The position numbers and the translations under genes are program-made. A stretch of 62,601 nt of DNA, the filler included, from Chiloscyllium plagiosum (taxonomy: Eukaryota), in assembly GCF_004010195.1 (NCBI RefSeq). It is 3 parts of one record of this genome, joined end to end, with 100 filler letters (N's around TTAATTAATTAA, not from the genome) between each part and the next. Parts side by side here need not be neighbours in the genome. Positions count along the whole stretch, not along the records: positions 1 to 28,958 come from NC_057714.1; 2 more parts are not named here. One strand, given 5' to 3'. Shown one piece after another: positions 1 to 13,224 of this stretch (positions are counted from its first letter, which is position 1; every line of letters starts with the position of its first letter). The notes under the pieces are model-generated. The model was not told the DNA's origin. It saw only the letters and a program-made list of their open reading frames with translations, and searched no databases.

Positions 1-377
1 AACACCAGGCCCCAGCCTCAGTATCAGAAAAAGGAAACGGGAAACACAATCCTGTTGACCCTGTAGAGACCTCCTTCCTAACATCTGAGAGCTTGTGACA
101 GCATTTACAGAGCTTTCCCACAGTACCCGTTAATGTGAGTAACCTTGGGAAGCTATAAATTAGCAAATGCAGTAGTCCCTTTTTCCATCGAGTTTGCTAC
201 CCAATTCAATATAATGATGGCTTTCCCTTTATTTCCACACCGTACTCCTGCTCTCCCACCATTCCTTTACTGTCTCTAAATCCGTATTTATATTCAGTGT
301 CTTGGCTTCCAGGTTCGAGTGCGAGAGAATTCCCCAGGTTCACCAGTCTCTGAGGGCAGACATTTATTGGCATCTCA

Positions 378-1174
378 ATGCAGAATGGTCAGGTCCACAC
401 GCCCCCTACAACCCACCCTCCCATCCTGGGACTTTCCCCTGCCACCGCAGGAACTGTAAAACCTGCGCCCACACCTCCTCCCTCACCTCTATCCAAGGCC
501 CTAAAGGAGCCTTCCACATCCATCAAAGTTTTACTTGCACATCCACTAATATCATTTATTGTATCCGTTGCTCCCGATGTGGTCTCCTCTACATTGGGGA
601 GACTGGGCGTCTCCTAGCAGAACGCTTTAGGGAACATCTCCAGGACACCAGCACCAATCAACCACACCGCCCCATGGCCCAACATTTCAACTCCCCCTCC
701 CACCTGCCGAGGACATGGAGGTCCTGGGCCTCCTTCGCTGCCACTCCCTCACCACCAGACGCCTGGAGGAAGAATGCCTCATCTTCCGCCTCGGAACACT
801 TCAATCCCAGGGCATCAATGTGGACTTCAACAGTTTCCTTATTTCCCCTCCCACCTGACCCTAGTTCCAAACTTCCAGCTCAGCACTGACCCCATGACTT
901 GTCCGGACTTGTCCTACCTGCCTATCTCCTTTTCCACCTATCCACTCCACCCTCTCCTCCCTGACCTATCACCTTCATCCTCTCCACCACTCACCCATTG
1001 TACTCTATGCTACTTTCTCCCCACCCCCACCCTCCTCTAGCTTATCTCTCCATGCTTCAGGCTCACTGCCTTTATTCCTGATGAAGGGCTTTTGCCTGAA
1101 ACGTCGATTTCCCTGCTCCTTGGATGCTGCCTGAACTGCTGTGCTCTTCCAGCACCACTAATCCAGAATCTGGT
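378..1174 (+). mobile_element. 5'-truncated Penelope-like element: GIY-YIG endonuclease fragment plus pseudo-LTR (pLTR)
   Basis: ORF 302-889 contains GTFPC..CKTC..NIIYCIRC..CGLLYIGETGR..ERFREH (Cys linker plus GIY-YIG), then frameshifts; a pyrimidine-rich 3' region and HHR-bearing pLTR follow. Confidence 0.9.
1073..1110 (+). ncRNA. Minimal type I hammerhead ribozyme (family A)
   Basis: CTGATGA-A-GGGC-TTTT-GCCT-GAAA-CGTC-GATT: conserved core, 4-bp stem II, palindromic ACGU stem III, GUC site. Confidence 0.8.
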
Positions 1175-1521
1175 GAGATCTTACTTCATTGGCACACTGC
1201 CTATTATAATCTAAGTTTGGAGAGCAAACGGCTTTTGAGTATTCAGCTTTCATTATTTCAAATTTCCCAATCAGATTTGATTTATGCTCGATTTGAGTCA
1301 TAATGCTCCTTATCCTGCAAACTTGTCACTTTTTCCCCAACATGAATGTGTCAATCTCTGGTCAATATTGAGATCTACAGGGACAAGACCCATTCCAGTT
1401 ACTCATTCAAATAATTATATGGTAGTCCTTGCATTACGTTAATGATTTTCAAATATTCAAAAGCCTTTATGAGCTCCAGAGAATTTTGGCAGTTACAACC
1501 ATTTCTTCTAAGACTCCACAG

Positions 1522-1647
1522 GAAGAAGGGCTTATGCCCGAAACGTTGATTCTCTTTCTCCTTTGATGCTGCCTGACCTGCTGCGCTTTTCCAGCAACAC
1601 ATATTTAAGCTCTGATCCCCAGCATCTGCAGTCCTCACTTTCTCCTA
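1522..1647 (+). mobile_element. Solo PLE pLTR (family A), HHR 5'-truncated
   Basis: GAAGAAGGGCTTATGCCCGAAACGTTGATTC...GCATCTGCAGTCCTCACTTTCTCCT, homologous to 19247-19377. Confidence 0.85.
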
Positions 1648-1779
1648 GTCCAGTCTTTGGTCATATTAGATTTCCTAGTACTTTATCCGCGAAGATAGTG
1701 ATTGTTGTAATTTCATCCCGCCTTGTCAGTGGAGAAGCAATGGAAATTCAGGCTGTGCAAGAGATCAGAAATGGATAAG

Positions 1780-2110
1780 TGCAGAGGCGTGAAATGCATA
1801 TTGGTCTGAAAGAGGCTACAGAAGTAAGGAGGAATGAGGCCATTTAAATAAGGAAGATTTTAAAACCGAGTAGACAGGCAATGTAGATAATCAAACACAA
1901 TGGTAATAGTGAAATAAACCTGATGGGATTTAAGACAGTTAGATGTGAGATGAATGCAAGTTCATATATGGTGGAAGATGGGGAGCCAGATAAATGGAAC
2001 ATTTCAGTAGTCTAGACCAGAGATATTAAAAACATTGAGAGATGGCTGAAGCAGATGAGCTGAGGCAGGATCAGAGGTAGAACAACGTTATGTAATTGGA
2101 AATAGCTTCA
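1780..2110 (-). mobile_element. Highly decayed L2-like LINE fragment
   Basis: Shares motifs (tagtctagaccagag..., gcagatgagctgaggcagg) with the L2-like piece at 5930-6060. Confidence 0.35.
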
Positions 2111-3324
2111 CTATCTCCAAATCTGCATATGTCATCAAAAAACCATTTCAAAATGAAACTCAAACTAAAGGTCTGAAGAGTCTGGCTTTGTTTCAGACAG
2201 GGGAGGATGAACCCTGTGGTCTCAAAAAAAAGTTTATGGACTGGGACAAAGGACAATGGTCTCAGTCTTTCCTGAAAGTTAAACCCCTAACAATATTACT
2301 GCCAACACAGATCAGAACTCTTAGGCATCTCAGTGTACAAGTAAAAGGCGCATCATAATTACAAATCAAATTCAAGCCAATTGAACCAAATATATTTTCA
2401 GCAAAAAAAGCAGTCGGTCAGAATGCTCATATTGTTCTAAAAACAAATTCTTAGCTTTAATGGTAAATGTCAAAACAGCTGCCAAGATTTAGAAAGGCTT
2501 CACCAGAATCTTTGAAGTGAAGAAAGGGTTAATTTTTGGAACTTCTCATTAGGGGTTAAAAATGAGTGTCAAGACCCCCAAAAAATGAGTATACAACATC
2601 CAGTAAAAAAAAAAACCCACTTTGGATCAACTGAAATGCTTTTTTCTTATTCTGAGAGGCAACCCAATCTAATCCATGATGAAGCAAAGGAAGTTCCTGT
2701 TTGCATGAAGTACTCATCCATCCACCCTGCCTGCTACCTCACCTACATGCTATTAGTTTCTCAGTGTAATTGCTGCATGTCTTTTCAGTGGTCCCTGCAA
2801 TTGAGGTTGAAACCTTTGTTATGTTTTGCATCATCTGAAGCATTAACAAATAAAATATCATTGCTTCATTTTGATATTTAACTTTAGAATATAATCTTGT
2901 GATCCACCTAGTATTTTGATGTTCAGCATTTGGAAGCATTTGTCTCAGCAAAAGCGGGACACAATTAACGGGTAGGCCATAACAATTTCCTATTATACAG
3001 AGCCAAAACAAGAAATCACTCAAAAAAGAAATCACTCAAAAAAGTAATCACAAATAGCAAATGTATAAAATCAAATTTAAACCAAAAAGGGTTAAGATTT
3101 TAAAATAACTCTGTCATTGTATTCAAGGCTGTACATCACAAATGTTCAGTGACTACTAATACCAAGTTGCATTTACATTCCACCATTAATGCAGTAAATC
3201 CTTCCAAGGTGCATGAACATTAACAGACAAATTTAACACTAAACACACAAAACATGATATTAGGACAGTTGACTAAAGCTTAAATCATAAAATTGGTTTC
3301 AGTAAAAATCTTAAAGGAGAGCAG

Positions 3325-3650
3325 TGGAGAAGATTGACAGGTAGGACAGATCAAGAGAACAGTGCCGAGTTGGAAGGTTGGATCTGGGATAAGATGGGGG
3401 TAGGAGAAATGAGGAAACTAGCAAAATCAACATTGATCCCGGGTGGTTGGAGGGTGCCAATGCAGATGAGGCGTTCTTCCTCTAGGTGTCAGAAGGCTAG
3501 ACCTTGGTGATGGAGGCGGCCCAGGACCTTTTGGGGGGGGAGTCGCAGACACACACGCTAAACAACCCCTCTGCCCACTTTAACTCACCTTCCCACTCCG
3601 CCAAGGGCATGGAAGTCCTGGGTCTCCTCCACCACCAGCATCTGCACTCC
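3325..3650. mobile_element. Decayed PLE fragments in inverted arrangement
   Basis: 3325-3530 is a minus-strand match to the 720-900 PLE segment; 3560-3650 is plus-strand (AHFNSPSHSAKGMEVLGLLH). Confidence 0.7.
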
Positions 3651-3663
3651 TCACTTCCTCTCA

Positions 3664-3790
3664 AGTACATGGGTAGGAAAAGTTTAGAGGGAAGTGGGCC
3701 AAAAGCAGGCAGGTGAGACTGGTCCAGTTTAGGAAACCTGGTCGACATGGACAAGTTGACCAATGGGCGTGTTTCCATGCTACGACTCAG
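3664..3790 (+). mobile_element. CR1 LINE 3' end
   Basis: Matches the CR1 3' UTR also seen at 11120-11252, 38185-38320 and 44780-44915. Confidence 0.7.
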
Positions 3791-3899
3791 AATTGTACAG
3801 TCCACGGCAGAGCTGCTGACGGCACAATCACAAAGATACAACAATGAAAATTCAGGTTGTGCAGGTCAAGATTGGAACAGGACTGAAATTTTGGGCTAG

Positions 3900-5920
3900 A
3901 TTATATTATGATAGAGAGGGAGCTTGCCAGGTAATTTGAAAAACAAAAGCTAGAGTTAAAAACTCTAGTAGGACCCATAGTAGTAATGTTAGGATTCCAT
4001 CGGGATCGATGGATTCCGGCTTTAGGCTCTGGGAATCTAGAGAGTCTCCTGTTTGGGAAATTTATTTGATGGGGAGGTCATGATGTCTTTCGAGCAGCTG
4101 AGCCAGAAATATGAACTATCTAGAAGTAAGCTCTTTCGTTACTTTCAGATTAGTGACTTTATGCAGAAAAAAAAATTAATGGTTAGTCCCTATAAGTTGG
4201 ATGTGGAGAGGAGAGTACTTCTGTCAACTGGTACTCTCTCGATCAGCACCCTCTATCATTTATTAAGAGGCAGTGTCTTGAAGAACATTGAACAGCTGTG
4301 CGGAATCTGGACTCAAGAATTGAGGGTGGACATCTCGTCAGAGGCGTGGGAGGATACTTGGGAGAACGTAAGGAAGATTTCCATTCACAACAGGACGCAG
4401 GATATGCAACTGAAGGTACTCCACAGGGCTTATTTGGCACCAGAGCAGCTTGAGAGATTTAAGTCAAGAACGTTCCTAATGTGCCCCAAATGTAAAACAG
4501 ATACAGAGGAACCTCAATTATCCGAAATTCGATTATCCAAATATTGGATTATCCAGAGGAGATCGAGGTCTCAATAGTAACATTATATCCAAGAGATATT
4601 CCCAACACCGATTGCGTCTTTTATTTACAGTGATTACTGAAATGCTGCCGAGAACAGTCCTGGACTGATGGAAGCCCAAATGACCTACTGCCCGCGCTCC
4701 CTCTCTCTCCCAACACACATTCCCTGGAGTTCTACACAGGCATATATCCTAAATCCCCCTTCCCCAGATAATCTCTCCAACATTGTCCTGTACAGGACAA
4801 AGGTGGAACCTGTCAAAAAGGTGCAGTAAAAATTTGTGTGTGGCTGTGTGTGTATATATGTGTTGTGTCTCTGCGCATGAGCACTACTTGGAGAGATTCT
4901 CCCTCCACCAAGAAAAAAGGCGGCAGTGGCAGTAGCAGTCTTGTTGTTGGTGTCCACTCCAGCTTCCCCAGAGAGGGTGCTGGTTGAGATTGGGCGGGGG
5001 CTTGCGCAGGGTGTGCTGTGCATCTCCTGAACTGGGAATGTACTTAACAGAAAACTCTGAGCCCCAGAGGAAAGGCATTGAATCAATTAACCGAATAATC
5101 AATTATCCGAACAAAACAGTGCCCGCCCATCTCATTCGGATAATTGATGTTCCTTCTGTATTGGTACTTTTACTCATTGTTTGTAGTCATGCCACAAGCT
5201 CCATAGGTATTGTGGCACTATACTGAGTGTTTTGAAAGGGATCTTGGGAACAGAGGTCAAGGTAGAGACCAGTGTCCCTCCTCTTGGGTTTGCTGAATCT
5301 CACCTCTTTGGACGCCCATGGGAAGAAACATTCATTTTGTGCGAGGAAGAACATTCTGATGAGCTGGGTGCCGAAAAATCCCCTGGACTGTTGCAGTGGC
5401 GTAGATTAGTAATGGAACGCAAGCCCCTGGACTTCCTTACAGGTATGGTGCACCAGAAAACTGAACTTTTTTTTTATAGGATGCAGCAGCCCTTTTTGAA
5501 CTATATAGATGCACACTTTGCCAGCTTTATTGTTCAGGGCCATTGAGTAGCCATGAGGGCTGTGTCTGGCAGGCCAAGGGCTAGGAGGAATTCTAAATAA
5601 TTACGGGTATGCCAACTGATGCTCCCGGTGATGGGGAGCTTTGGTGGGATTGCACAGCGTGTTGTAACTTAATTTAATTTAGTTTGCCTTGGTTCAACTC
5701 GGTTTAATTTAGTTTTTTTTTGATTTAGTTATTTATTGAATTGTCGTTTATGTAGGTTTTTCCTTTCTCTTTATTCATTTTTTTCTTCTCAATTGTTTGT
5801 GGAGTAGAGTAGTAGTTTGTTTACTGTTAGCATTGTATTAAGATTGTTATACTATTTTGTAGTAATTCTTTAATTTTGTCAAAAAGCTTCAAAATCTTTT
5901 TCTCAATAAAAATATTTATG
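3900..5920 (+). mobile_element. L1-clade LINE, 3' part of ORF2 plus 3' UTR (interrupted by a MITE)
   Basis: SFEQLSQKYEL..FRYFQI..WTQEL..QLKVLHRAYLAP..CPKC|..GTFTHCL*SC (CCHC knuckle); T-rich 3' UTR; AATAAA near 5905. Confidence 0.85.
4504..5158. mobile_element. Non-autonomous Tc1/mariner-pogo (Tigger-like) MITE, 655 bp
   Basis: TA TSD (4502-4503, 5159-5160); imperfect TIRs CAGAGGAACCTCAATTATCCGAA / TTCGGATAATTGATGTTCCTTCTG; subterminal ATTATCC repeats. Confidence 0.85.
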
Positions 5921-5929
5921 AGAAAAGCT

Positions 5930-6060
5930 TAGAGGAGAAAAGCTTGAGGTTAAGTCTATGGAGGTCAGTGTGGACGGCATTTGAATAGTCAAATCTAGAG
6001 ATAACAAAAGTATAGATGAGCTGAGGTAAGGACGGTGAGCAATGGGTGATGTCAGCAGTC
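5930..6060 (-). mobile_element. L2-like LINE RT C-terminal fragment
   Basis: Minus frame LIYTFVISRFDYSNA resembles the L2 motif LIHAFVTSRLDYxN. Confidence 0.55.
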
Positions 6061-6122
6061 CTGATGACAAGATGATACAGTTTCTCAATAAAGTTTAAAA
6101 CTGTCATCATCCTTCCTGACAT

Positions 6123-6400
6123 AAGGGAACCAAAAACTGCATGCAGTACTCCAGGTGTGGTCTCACCAAAACCTGTACTTAAATCCTCTTGCTATAAAGG
6201 ATTTAAGCAAATTCAAATTCAAAGTATGCCAACATACTGCTTACCTTCTTCATCAGTTGCTGCATCTGCTTGCTTCCTTTCAGTGACAGGTGCATGAGGA
6301 CACCCAGGTTTTGGTGCACCTTGCCATGTATTAATCTACTGTCAGATAATAACCTGCCTTCCTGCTTTTGCTACTGAAATGAATAACCTCACATTTACAA
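6123..6400 (-). mobile_element. CR1 LINE fragment
   Basis: aactgcatgcagtactccaggtgtggtctcacc is the reverse complement of the LVRPHLEYCxQFW region. Confidence 0.7.
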
Positions 6401-7171
6401 ACTAGTTCCCTGCATTAAGACCCCAAGGTGAGAAATCAATGGGCCATGGAAATTTATTCACCTTTTATTCAACCAAGTTGGAAGTCAATCCAAGCTTCCC
6501 AAATAATAAAAAGAAAATGGCATATGCAATACCTGTGTAAGAATAATTAGCAACTAGGAGAGAGAAAAATCAAAAAGGTAAAGTGGAAAGAAAAGAAAAA
6601 TGAACATTGAAATATGAAAATATTAGATGTGCAGTGTTATACTTTCAAATTCAAAGTAGCTGTCTTGAATTGAAAATAATAATAATCTTGGTGGGAGAAA
6701 TAGTCAGCTGACTCTTAAGCCACTGCTGTTTGTTCTGTGGTTTGTGACTTAATCGGAACTCTGAGGTGGAAGATATACTGAATGAAAACAAACAATGGAA
6801 TGTATTACAATACTCAAACTTGCACTAATATTTACAGAAATCAAACAAATAATTTATTTTGAACTAAATGGAATTGTTATTCAACTTTTGGAAATCTGAC
6901 ATAGCACTGTTCATGAAATGTGTGTTTGACAAGGAGATCAAGAATGAACTATTGCAGTGGCACTGTGAAGTGATGGGAATTATACATTTTGTATTGAACT
7001 TTCCATAAGGTGAAACTATGAAACAATATAATTAACAATTCAGAGAAAATAAAAATTGTAAACAGTGCAAATTTAGAAAGTGGTAGTGCTTTAAAGGCAA
7101 TCCAGTCACAATCCACAAAAAAATCTTAACATACATGGTGTAAAACTTTCACTGACAATTTGTTACTGACA

Positions 7172-7302
7172 ATTCTGACGAAGGGGTCACTAGACTTGAA
7201 ACATTAACTCTGCTTTTCTATCCACAGATGCTGTTTAAGTTTCTCCAGCACTTTCTATTTTGGTTCAGATTTACAGCATTCACAGCTCTTTGCTTCTATT
7301 TT
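7172..7302 (+). mobile_element. Old PLE pLTR with degenerate HHR (family C)
   Basis: CTGACGA-AGGGGTC-ACTA-GACTT-GAAA-CATT-AAC; homologous to 24283-24380 and 48947-49045. Confidence 0.65.
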
Positions 7303-7740
7303 AGAGTGATAAAATATTTAAGTGAAAAAGTAAACAAAATAAAGTAAAATCCATGAATCGTTAAAAAGAGAACAACTTCTATTTCTAGGTATGTTCTTTT
7401 ATCAGGCTTGAGCACCACTGACAAGACCAGCCTTTTTATCCATCCTTAACTGTGCTCAGAAAGGTGGTGGTGAGCTGCATTCTTAAACCACTGAAGTCCA
7501 TCTAATGTAGGCTTTTCATCTCTCTGGGAATCAATGGATATTGAAAACACAGGAAAAATGGGTGATGTAGCTGAATAGCAATCATAACCATTTTGATTGA
7601 CAGGAAATGTTCTGAACTGGCAATATGGTCTATTTGAATGCCTGTTGTTAGATTTTCATTACTCTCTTTTTACCATAGTAACTTTTCAAGTTTTATCATA
7701 TTTTCTGAATTGCCTGCTATTGAAATTAATCCAAGGGCAT

Positions 7741-8343
7741 TGTTATGGGCCAGACCAAAACCCCTGCAAATATATCAAGGAGATAGCCTAGACCCTAACT
7801 CTTATCTTATTTAAAGGCAAGCGTAAGGTCCAGATGTAATTCTACTGGTCAATTACAAGACTTAAAGCAAAGCACACTTTATTCTCACCCCATAATTAAA
7901 ATACTAATTCTTTCTTTTAGTTGTATAAGCATAACTCTATTGGAAAACCTAACAGAATAATAGATTTTTCTGTTCCAATACAATAATATCCCATAAACAC
8001 ACCCATGGCAAAGGCAAATTCTGTAAAACAGATTGTGTCACATGTGATGTTTACCTCATCAGAAGGAAAGAACATCAATAGAAAATTCTAGCACAGAAAG
8101 AGAACTCAAGTGTTTTGCTACAGCAGGGAGAAATGTACGGAAGCTTCAAAACCCCAGTAACTGCTGAAAGCTAAACTAAAATGCTGCTTCTGTGGGAGCC
8201 TGACTCCACCCATTCATGCTGTCTTTATTGCTCCAATTTAAAATAAGATCTCATCAGTTGTTTATTGCCTTGAAATAGACAGCTCTCCCTTTAAAAAAAA
8301 TGTCAGATCAAAATTCACCTCTTAAATCCATAGTATCATCATA
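7741..8343 (-). mobile_element. Solo LTR (Gypsy-like)
   Basis: TGTTAT... terminus, minus-strand AATAAA near 7880, 4-bp TSD GCAT (7737-7740, 8344-8347); related sequences at 51270 and 52745. Confidence 0.65.
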
Positions 8344-8697
8344 GCATTCACACCCAGACTGCGGTGGGAGGTATTCTGCTTTTTAAATTCCAACTCAGTA
8401 AGTTACATGAAAGCACTATTGGAAAGCCAAGGTAGAAACACTTCTGAAGACTGCTTTACATCAACTTTTTTAACCCCATTCTGCCATGCTCGTCTGTCTC
8501 CAGCCTCACTTGCTTGCTGATTGAAACAACCAGGCCCCACACCCTGGCTAAACTCATTACAACCTCTTCTCCTCATCATAAAGACCCCTTTAAAACATAA
8601 TCCTGCTTTAAATAGTCTTCCTTCATCCTCCTCTGGTCTGCTTCTATTTTCATCCTTTGTGAAGCGACTTTAGGAAGTTTTATTATATTAATGTGCG

Positions 8698-9010
8698 TGC
8701 TTCAATGACCTTCCCACCATCCTACGGTCAGACGTGGAGATGTTCATGGATGTTTAGACAATATTAAGCATTATTTACAACTCCTCTGAAACTGAAGTAC
8801 TCCAGGTCTAAATGTAATGAGTCATGGACAGTACTCAGGTTTGGGATGACAAGTAACATTCATGCTACACAAGTGCCAGGAAATGACGATACCTAATAAG
8901 AGAGAATTTAACTGTCACTCTTTGACATTTATGCCATTACCATCACTAAACCCCCAGACTAAATAAAATACTGGAGGTCACCATAGACTAGAAATTGAAC
9001 TGGGGTAGCC
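8698..9010 (+). mobile_element. Old CR1/L2-group LINE (family B) RT fragment
   Basis: Homologous to the CFINDLP..RSEVGMFAD region of 42265-43740. Confidence 0.6.
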
Positions 9011-9012
9011 AT

Positions 9013-10600
9013 ATAGACTATAAGACAGGAGCAGAATTCGGCCATTCAGCCCATTGAGTCCGCTCTGCCACTTGATCATGGCTGATGTGTTTCTCAACTC
9101 CATGCCCCTGCCTTCTCCAACCTTCACTTCCCCCACCCCATAACGCTTAATCCCTCTAATAGCCAAGAACCCATCTACCTCTATCTTAAACACACACAAT
9201 GACTTGGTTTCCCAAGGGCACAGAGTGCAAAAATCGCTCATGCGGAAGGCCCGTCATCCCTGGATGATTCTTATAAATTTCCTCTGGAACTCCCTCCAAC
9301 AACAGCATATCCTTAGTTTCTGGGCCCAAAACTGCTCACAATATTCCAAACGCAGACTGACCAGAGTCTTAAAACAGCCTCAGCAGTACATTTCTCCTCC
9401 TGTTTTCTCGCCCTCATGAAATAAATGCTGACATTGCATTTGCTTTTCTAATTGCCAACTGAACCTGTATTTAACCTTAAGAAACTCCTGAACTAGGACC
9501 CTCAAGTCCCTCTGTACTTCAGATTTCCAAAGCCTTTTGCCATTTAGACACTAGACTATGCCTCTATTCTTCCTACCAAAGTGCATAATCTCATACTTTA
9601 CCACACTATATTCCATCTGTAACTTCTTCAGTCACTTTCCTAGCCTGTCCAAGTCCTTCTGCAGCATCTGCTCAACACTACTTGTCCCTCCACCTATTTT
9701 TGCATCATCTGCAAACATAGCGACAATGCCCTCAGTTCCTTCATCCAGATCATGAATAGTTGTTTTTCCAACACAGACCCCTAAGATACTCCACTAGTCA
9801 CTGACTCCCATTCTGAAAAGACCTTTTATTCCTTCTGTCTGCCTTCTACCAGTCAACTAATCCTCCATCCATGCCAGCACCTTGCACCTAACACCATGGG
9901 CGTGTCTTGTTTAGTAGCCTCCTGTACAGCACCTTGTCAAAGGCTTTATGGAAATCCAAACAAATCACATCCACTGGCTCTCCTTTGACTATCTTGCTCA
10001 TGCCTCCTCAAGGAATTCTAAGGGGTTCATCAGGCATGCGATACTGACTCAGCTCTACTTTACCATGCACTTCCAAGTACTCTGCAGTCTTAACTTCAAT
10101 AATGGACTCTAAAATCTCACCAACAACTGAGATCAGGCTAATTGGCCTATATTTTCCTATCTTCTGCCTCCCTCCCTTCATAAACTGGAATGTTACATTA
10201 ACCATTTTCCAGTCCTCTGGGAACCTCCCAGAGTCCAGTGGTTACTGAAAGATCACTACCAATACCTCTAAAATCTCCTCAGATTCCTTCAGAATCCTGG
10301 GGTGTAGTCTATCTGATTTATCCATGTACAGACCTTTCAGCTTCTCCTTAGTGATGGCCACTGCACTCATCTGTGACCCTGGCATTCTCGAAGTTCTGGC
10401 ATGATGTTGGTGTCTTCAACTGTGAAAACTGATGCAAAGTTCCTCTGCTATTTCTTTACCACTTCTCCAGTGGTCCAATGTCCATCTCTCATCTCTCTCT
10501 CATCTTTTACATAGCTAAAGAAACTCTTGCAATCTTCTTTTATATTACTATTTAGTTTATTCCCATGTGTCATCTTCGCCCCTCCTCCTCCCCCACCTCC
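9013..10600 (-). mobile_element. Decayed CR1 LINE (RT to 3' end)
   Basis: YRPISLISVVGEILESII and CKSFFSYVK on the minus strand; 3' tail near 9013. Confidence 0.8.
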
Positions 10601-10624
10601 TTCTTCTAGTTGAATTACCTTTAC

Positions 10625-11252
10625 TTGGAAGGATGTAGTGAAACTTGAAAGGATTAAGAAAAGATTTACAAGAATGTTGCCAGGGATTGAGTTATAGGGA
10701 GAGGTTGAACAGGCGGAGTATTTTCCATAGAGTGTCAGAGTGATCTTACTGAGGTTTATAAGTTTATACTGAGGTGTAGTCGGTGTGTGTGTCGGGGGGG
10801 GGGGGGGGGTGCGCGCGCACGCACATGGAGGTAATTGGAGTCCTGAACTAGAGGGCATAGGTTTAGGGTGAGAGTGAATGTATTTAAAAGGGACCCCAGG
10901 GACAACTTTTTCAAATCTCTACTATTTATCATTCTTCTATTACACTGTAACTTGCATGTTTTGCACTTCTTTTACACTTTATGCAGTGTACAATTGTGTA
11001 GTTTGTGCTGTCCATGGAGCACCCTTGGCCCTGAAGGAACGCTGTCTTGTTTTTACTGTATCAGTTGTATATGGCAGAAATGACAAATAAAAAGCTATTC
11101 TACTCTTTCTATTCTCCTCTATATGAATAGGTAGGACTCAGAGGGATATGGGGCCAAGTGCTGGCAAATGGGACTAGATTAGTTTAGGATATCTGGAAGG
11201 CATGCACGAGTTGGACCGAAGAGTCTGTTTCCATGCTGTACAACTCTATGAC
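10625..11252 (+). mobile_element. CR1 3' region with microsatellite, interrupted by a Rex1/Babar-like 3' end (10910-11115)
   Basis: KDVVKLERIKKRFTRMLPG; CR1 3' UTR; the insert ends GTATATGGCAGAAATGACAAATAAA plus a TTCTA-like tail. Confidence 0.65.
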
Positions 11253-11664
11253 CCTAATTGTAAGATTGTTACATCTGATTCCAGGTTCTCCCTTTCAAAG
11301 TGCAGCATGAATTCTATCTTATTATGAACACTGCCCCCTAGGAGTTCCTTCACCTTAAACTCCCTAATCGTGAATTACCTGATCGCTCATGGGCTCTATC
11401 ACAAGCTGCTCAAAAAATCGACCTTGTAAACATTCCACAAATTCCTTTTTTTCTGCTACCACCTTGACCACCAAGTCCACCAGTCCACCATGATTATTGT
11501 AATAGTACATGCCTTTTGTACATGTCTTTTCTATCTCCTGATTTATTTTCTTCCCCACATCCTGATTACTGCTAGGAGGCTGTATACAATTCTCAAAGAC
11601 ATTTTTCCTTTGCAGTTCCTCAACACTATCCACACAGATTCTACACCATCTGACTCTATATCAC

Positions 11665-13100
11665 AGAGTCATAGAAATGGACAGCACGGAAACCTTCAAT
11701 TGCAACTCATCCATGCCAACCAGATATCCCAACCTAATCCAGTCCCATTTCTCATCACCTGGCCTATATCTATCTAAACCCTTCCTATTTATTCACCCAT
11801 CCAAATGCTTTTTAAATGTTGCAATTGTACCAGCCCCCACCACTTCCTCTGGCAGCTCATTCCATAAATGCACCGCCCTCTGCGTGAAAAAGTCACCCCT
11901 TAGTTCCCTTTTAAATCTTTCCCTCTCACCCTAAACCTATGCCCTCTAGTTCTGGACTCCCCCACCCCAGTGAAAAGACTTTACCCGATCCATGCCCCTC
12001 CTGATTTAATAAATCTCTATAAGGTCACCCCTCAGCCTACTCAGCCTCTCCTTATAGCTCAAATCTTCCAACCCTAGCAACATCCTTGTAAACCTTTTCT
12101 GAATCGTTTCAAGTTTCACAACATGCTTCCTAGAGACCAGAATTGCACACAATATTCTAAGATGCCCTGTACAGCTGCAACACGACCTTACCATTAAGTG
12201 TATAAGTCCGATCCTGATTTGCCTTTCCAAAATGCAGCACCTCACATTCATCGAAATTAAACTCCATCTGGCACTCCTCGGTCCACTGGCCCATCTGATC
12301 AAGATCCCGTTACTCTCCGGTAACCACCTTCATTGTCCACTACACCTCCAATTTTGGTGTCATCTGCAAACTTACTAAACTACATCTCCGAGGTTCACAT
12401 CCAAATCGTTTATATATGTGACAAAAAACAGTGGACCCAGCACCGACCCTTGCGGCACACCACTGATCACAGGCCTCCAGTCTAAAAAGCAACCCTCTTA
12501 AACAGACACACAGTCTTCTAGCTTGAAACCAGTTCTGTATCCAAATATCTGGTTCTCCCTGTATTCCATGTGATCTAACCTTGCTATTCACTCTACCATG
12601 AGGAATCTTGTCGAATGCCTTACTGAAGTCCATATAGATCACATCCACCACTCTGCCCTTATTTATTGTCTTCGTTACTTCTTCAAAAAATTCAGTCAAG
12701 TTTGTAACACGATTTGCCACACACAAAGCCATGTCGACTATTGCTAATCAGCCCATGCCTTTCCAAATACATGTAAATCCTGTCCCTCAGGATTCCCTTC
12801 AACATCTTGCCCACCACTGATGTCAGGCTCACCAGTCTATACTTCCCTGGCTTTTCCTTACCTCCTCTCATAAATAGTGGCACCAAGTTAAACAACCTCC
12901 AGGCTTCCGGCACCTCACCTGTGACTATCGATGATCCAAATATCTCAGCAATGGACACAGCAATTACTTCCCTAGCTTCCCACAGAGTTCTACATCTGAT
13001 CAGTCCTGAGGATTTATCCACCTTTGTGTTTCAAGACATCCAGCACCACCTCCTCTGTTAGAAGGACATTTTTCAAGATGTCATCATCTATTTTCCCCAT
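11665..13100 (-). mobile_element. CR1 LINE (HER1-like) RT to 3' end
   Basis: TNLTEFFEEVTK..VDVIYMDFSKAFDKIPHGR and YRLVSLTSVVGK in ORFs 12340-13021; frameshifted. Confidence 0.9.
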
Positions 13101-13224
13101 ATACTTGTTCTGGAAACTTTAATAACCCTGCTGAGCCCTCCCCCAGCTTAAAGTTTTTCCATAATTTTCCATGCAACTGAACCCATCACGCACCACTACT
13201 TAGTTTAAAGCCCTAGTTATACAA

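Noticed and set aside
2700..2730. GTACTCATCCA match to the reverse complement near 26812-26825
   Set aside because: Only ~11-14 bp with no flanking similarity; expected by chance.
10785..10825. (GT)n, G-run and (GC)n tract with G4/Z-DNA potential
   Set aside because: An ordinary microsatellite inside a CR1 fragment.
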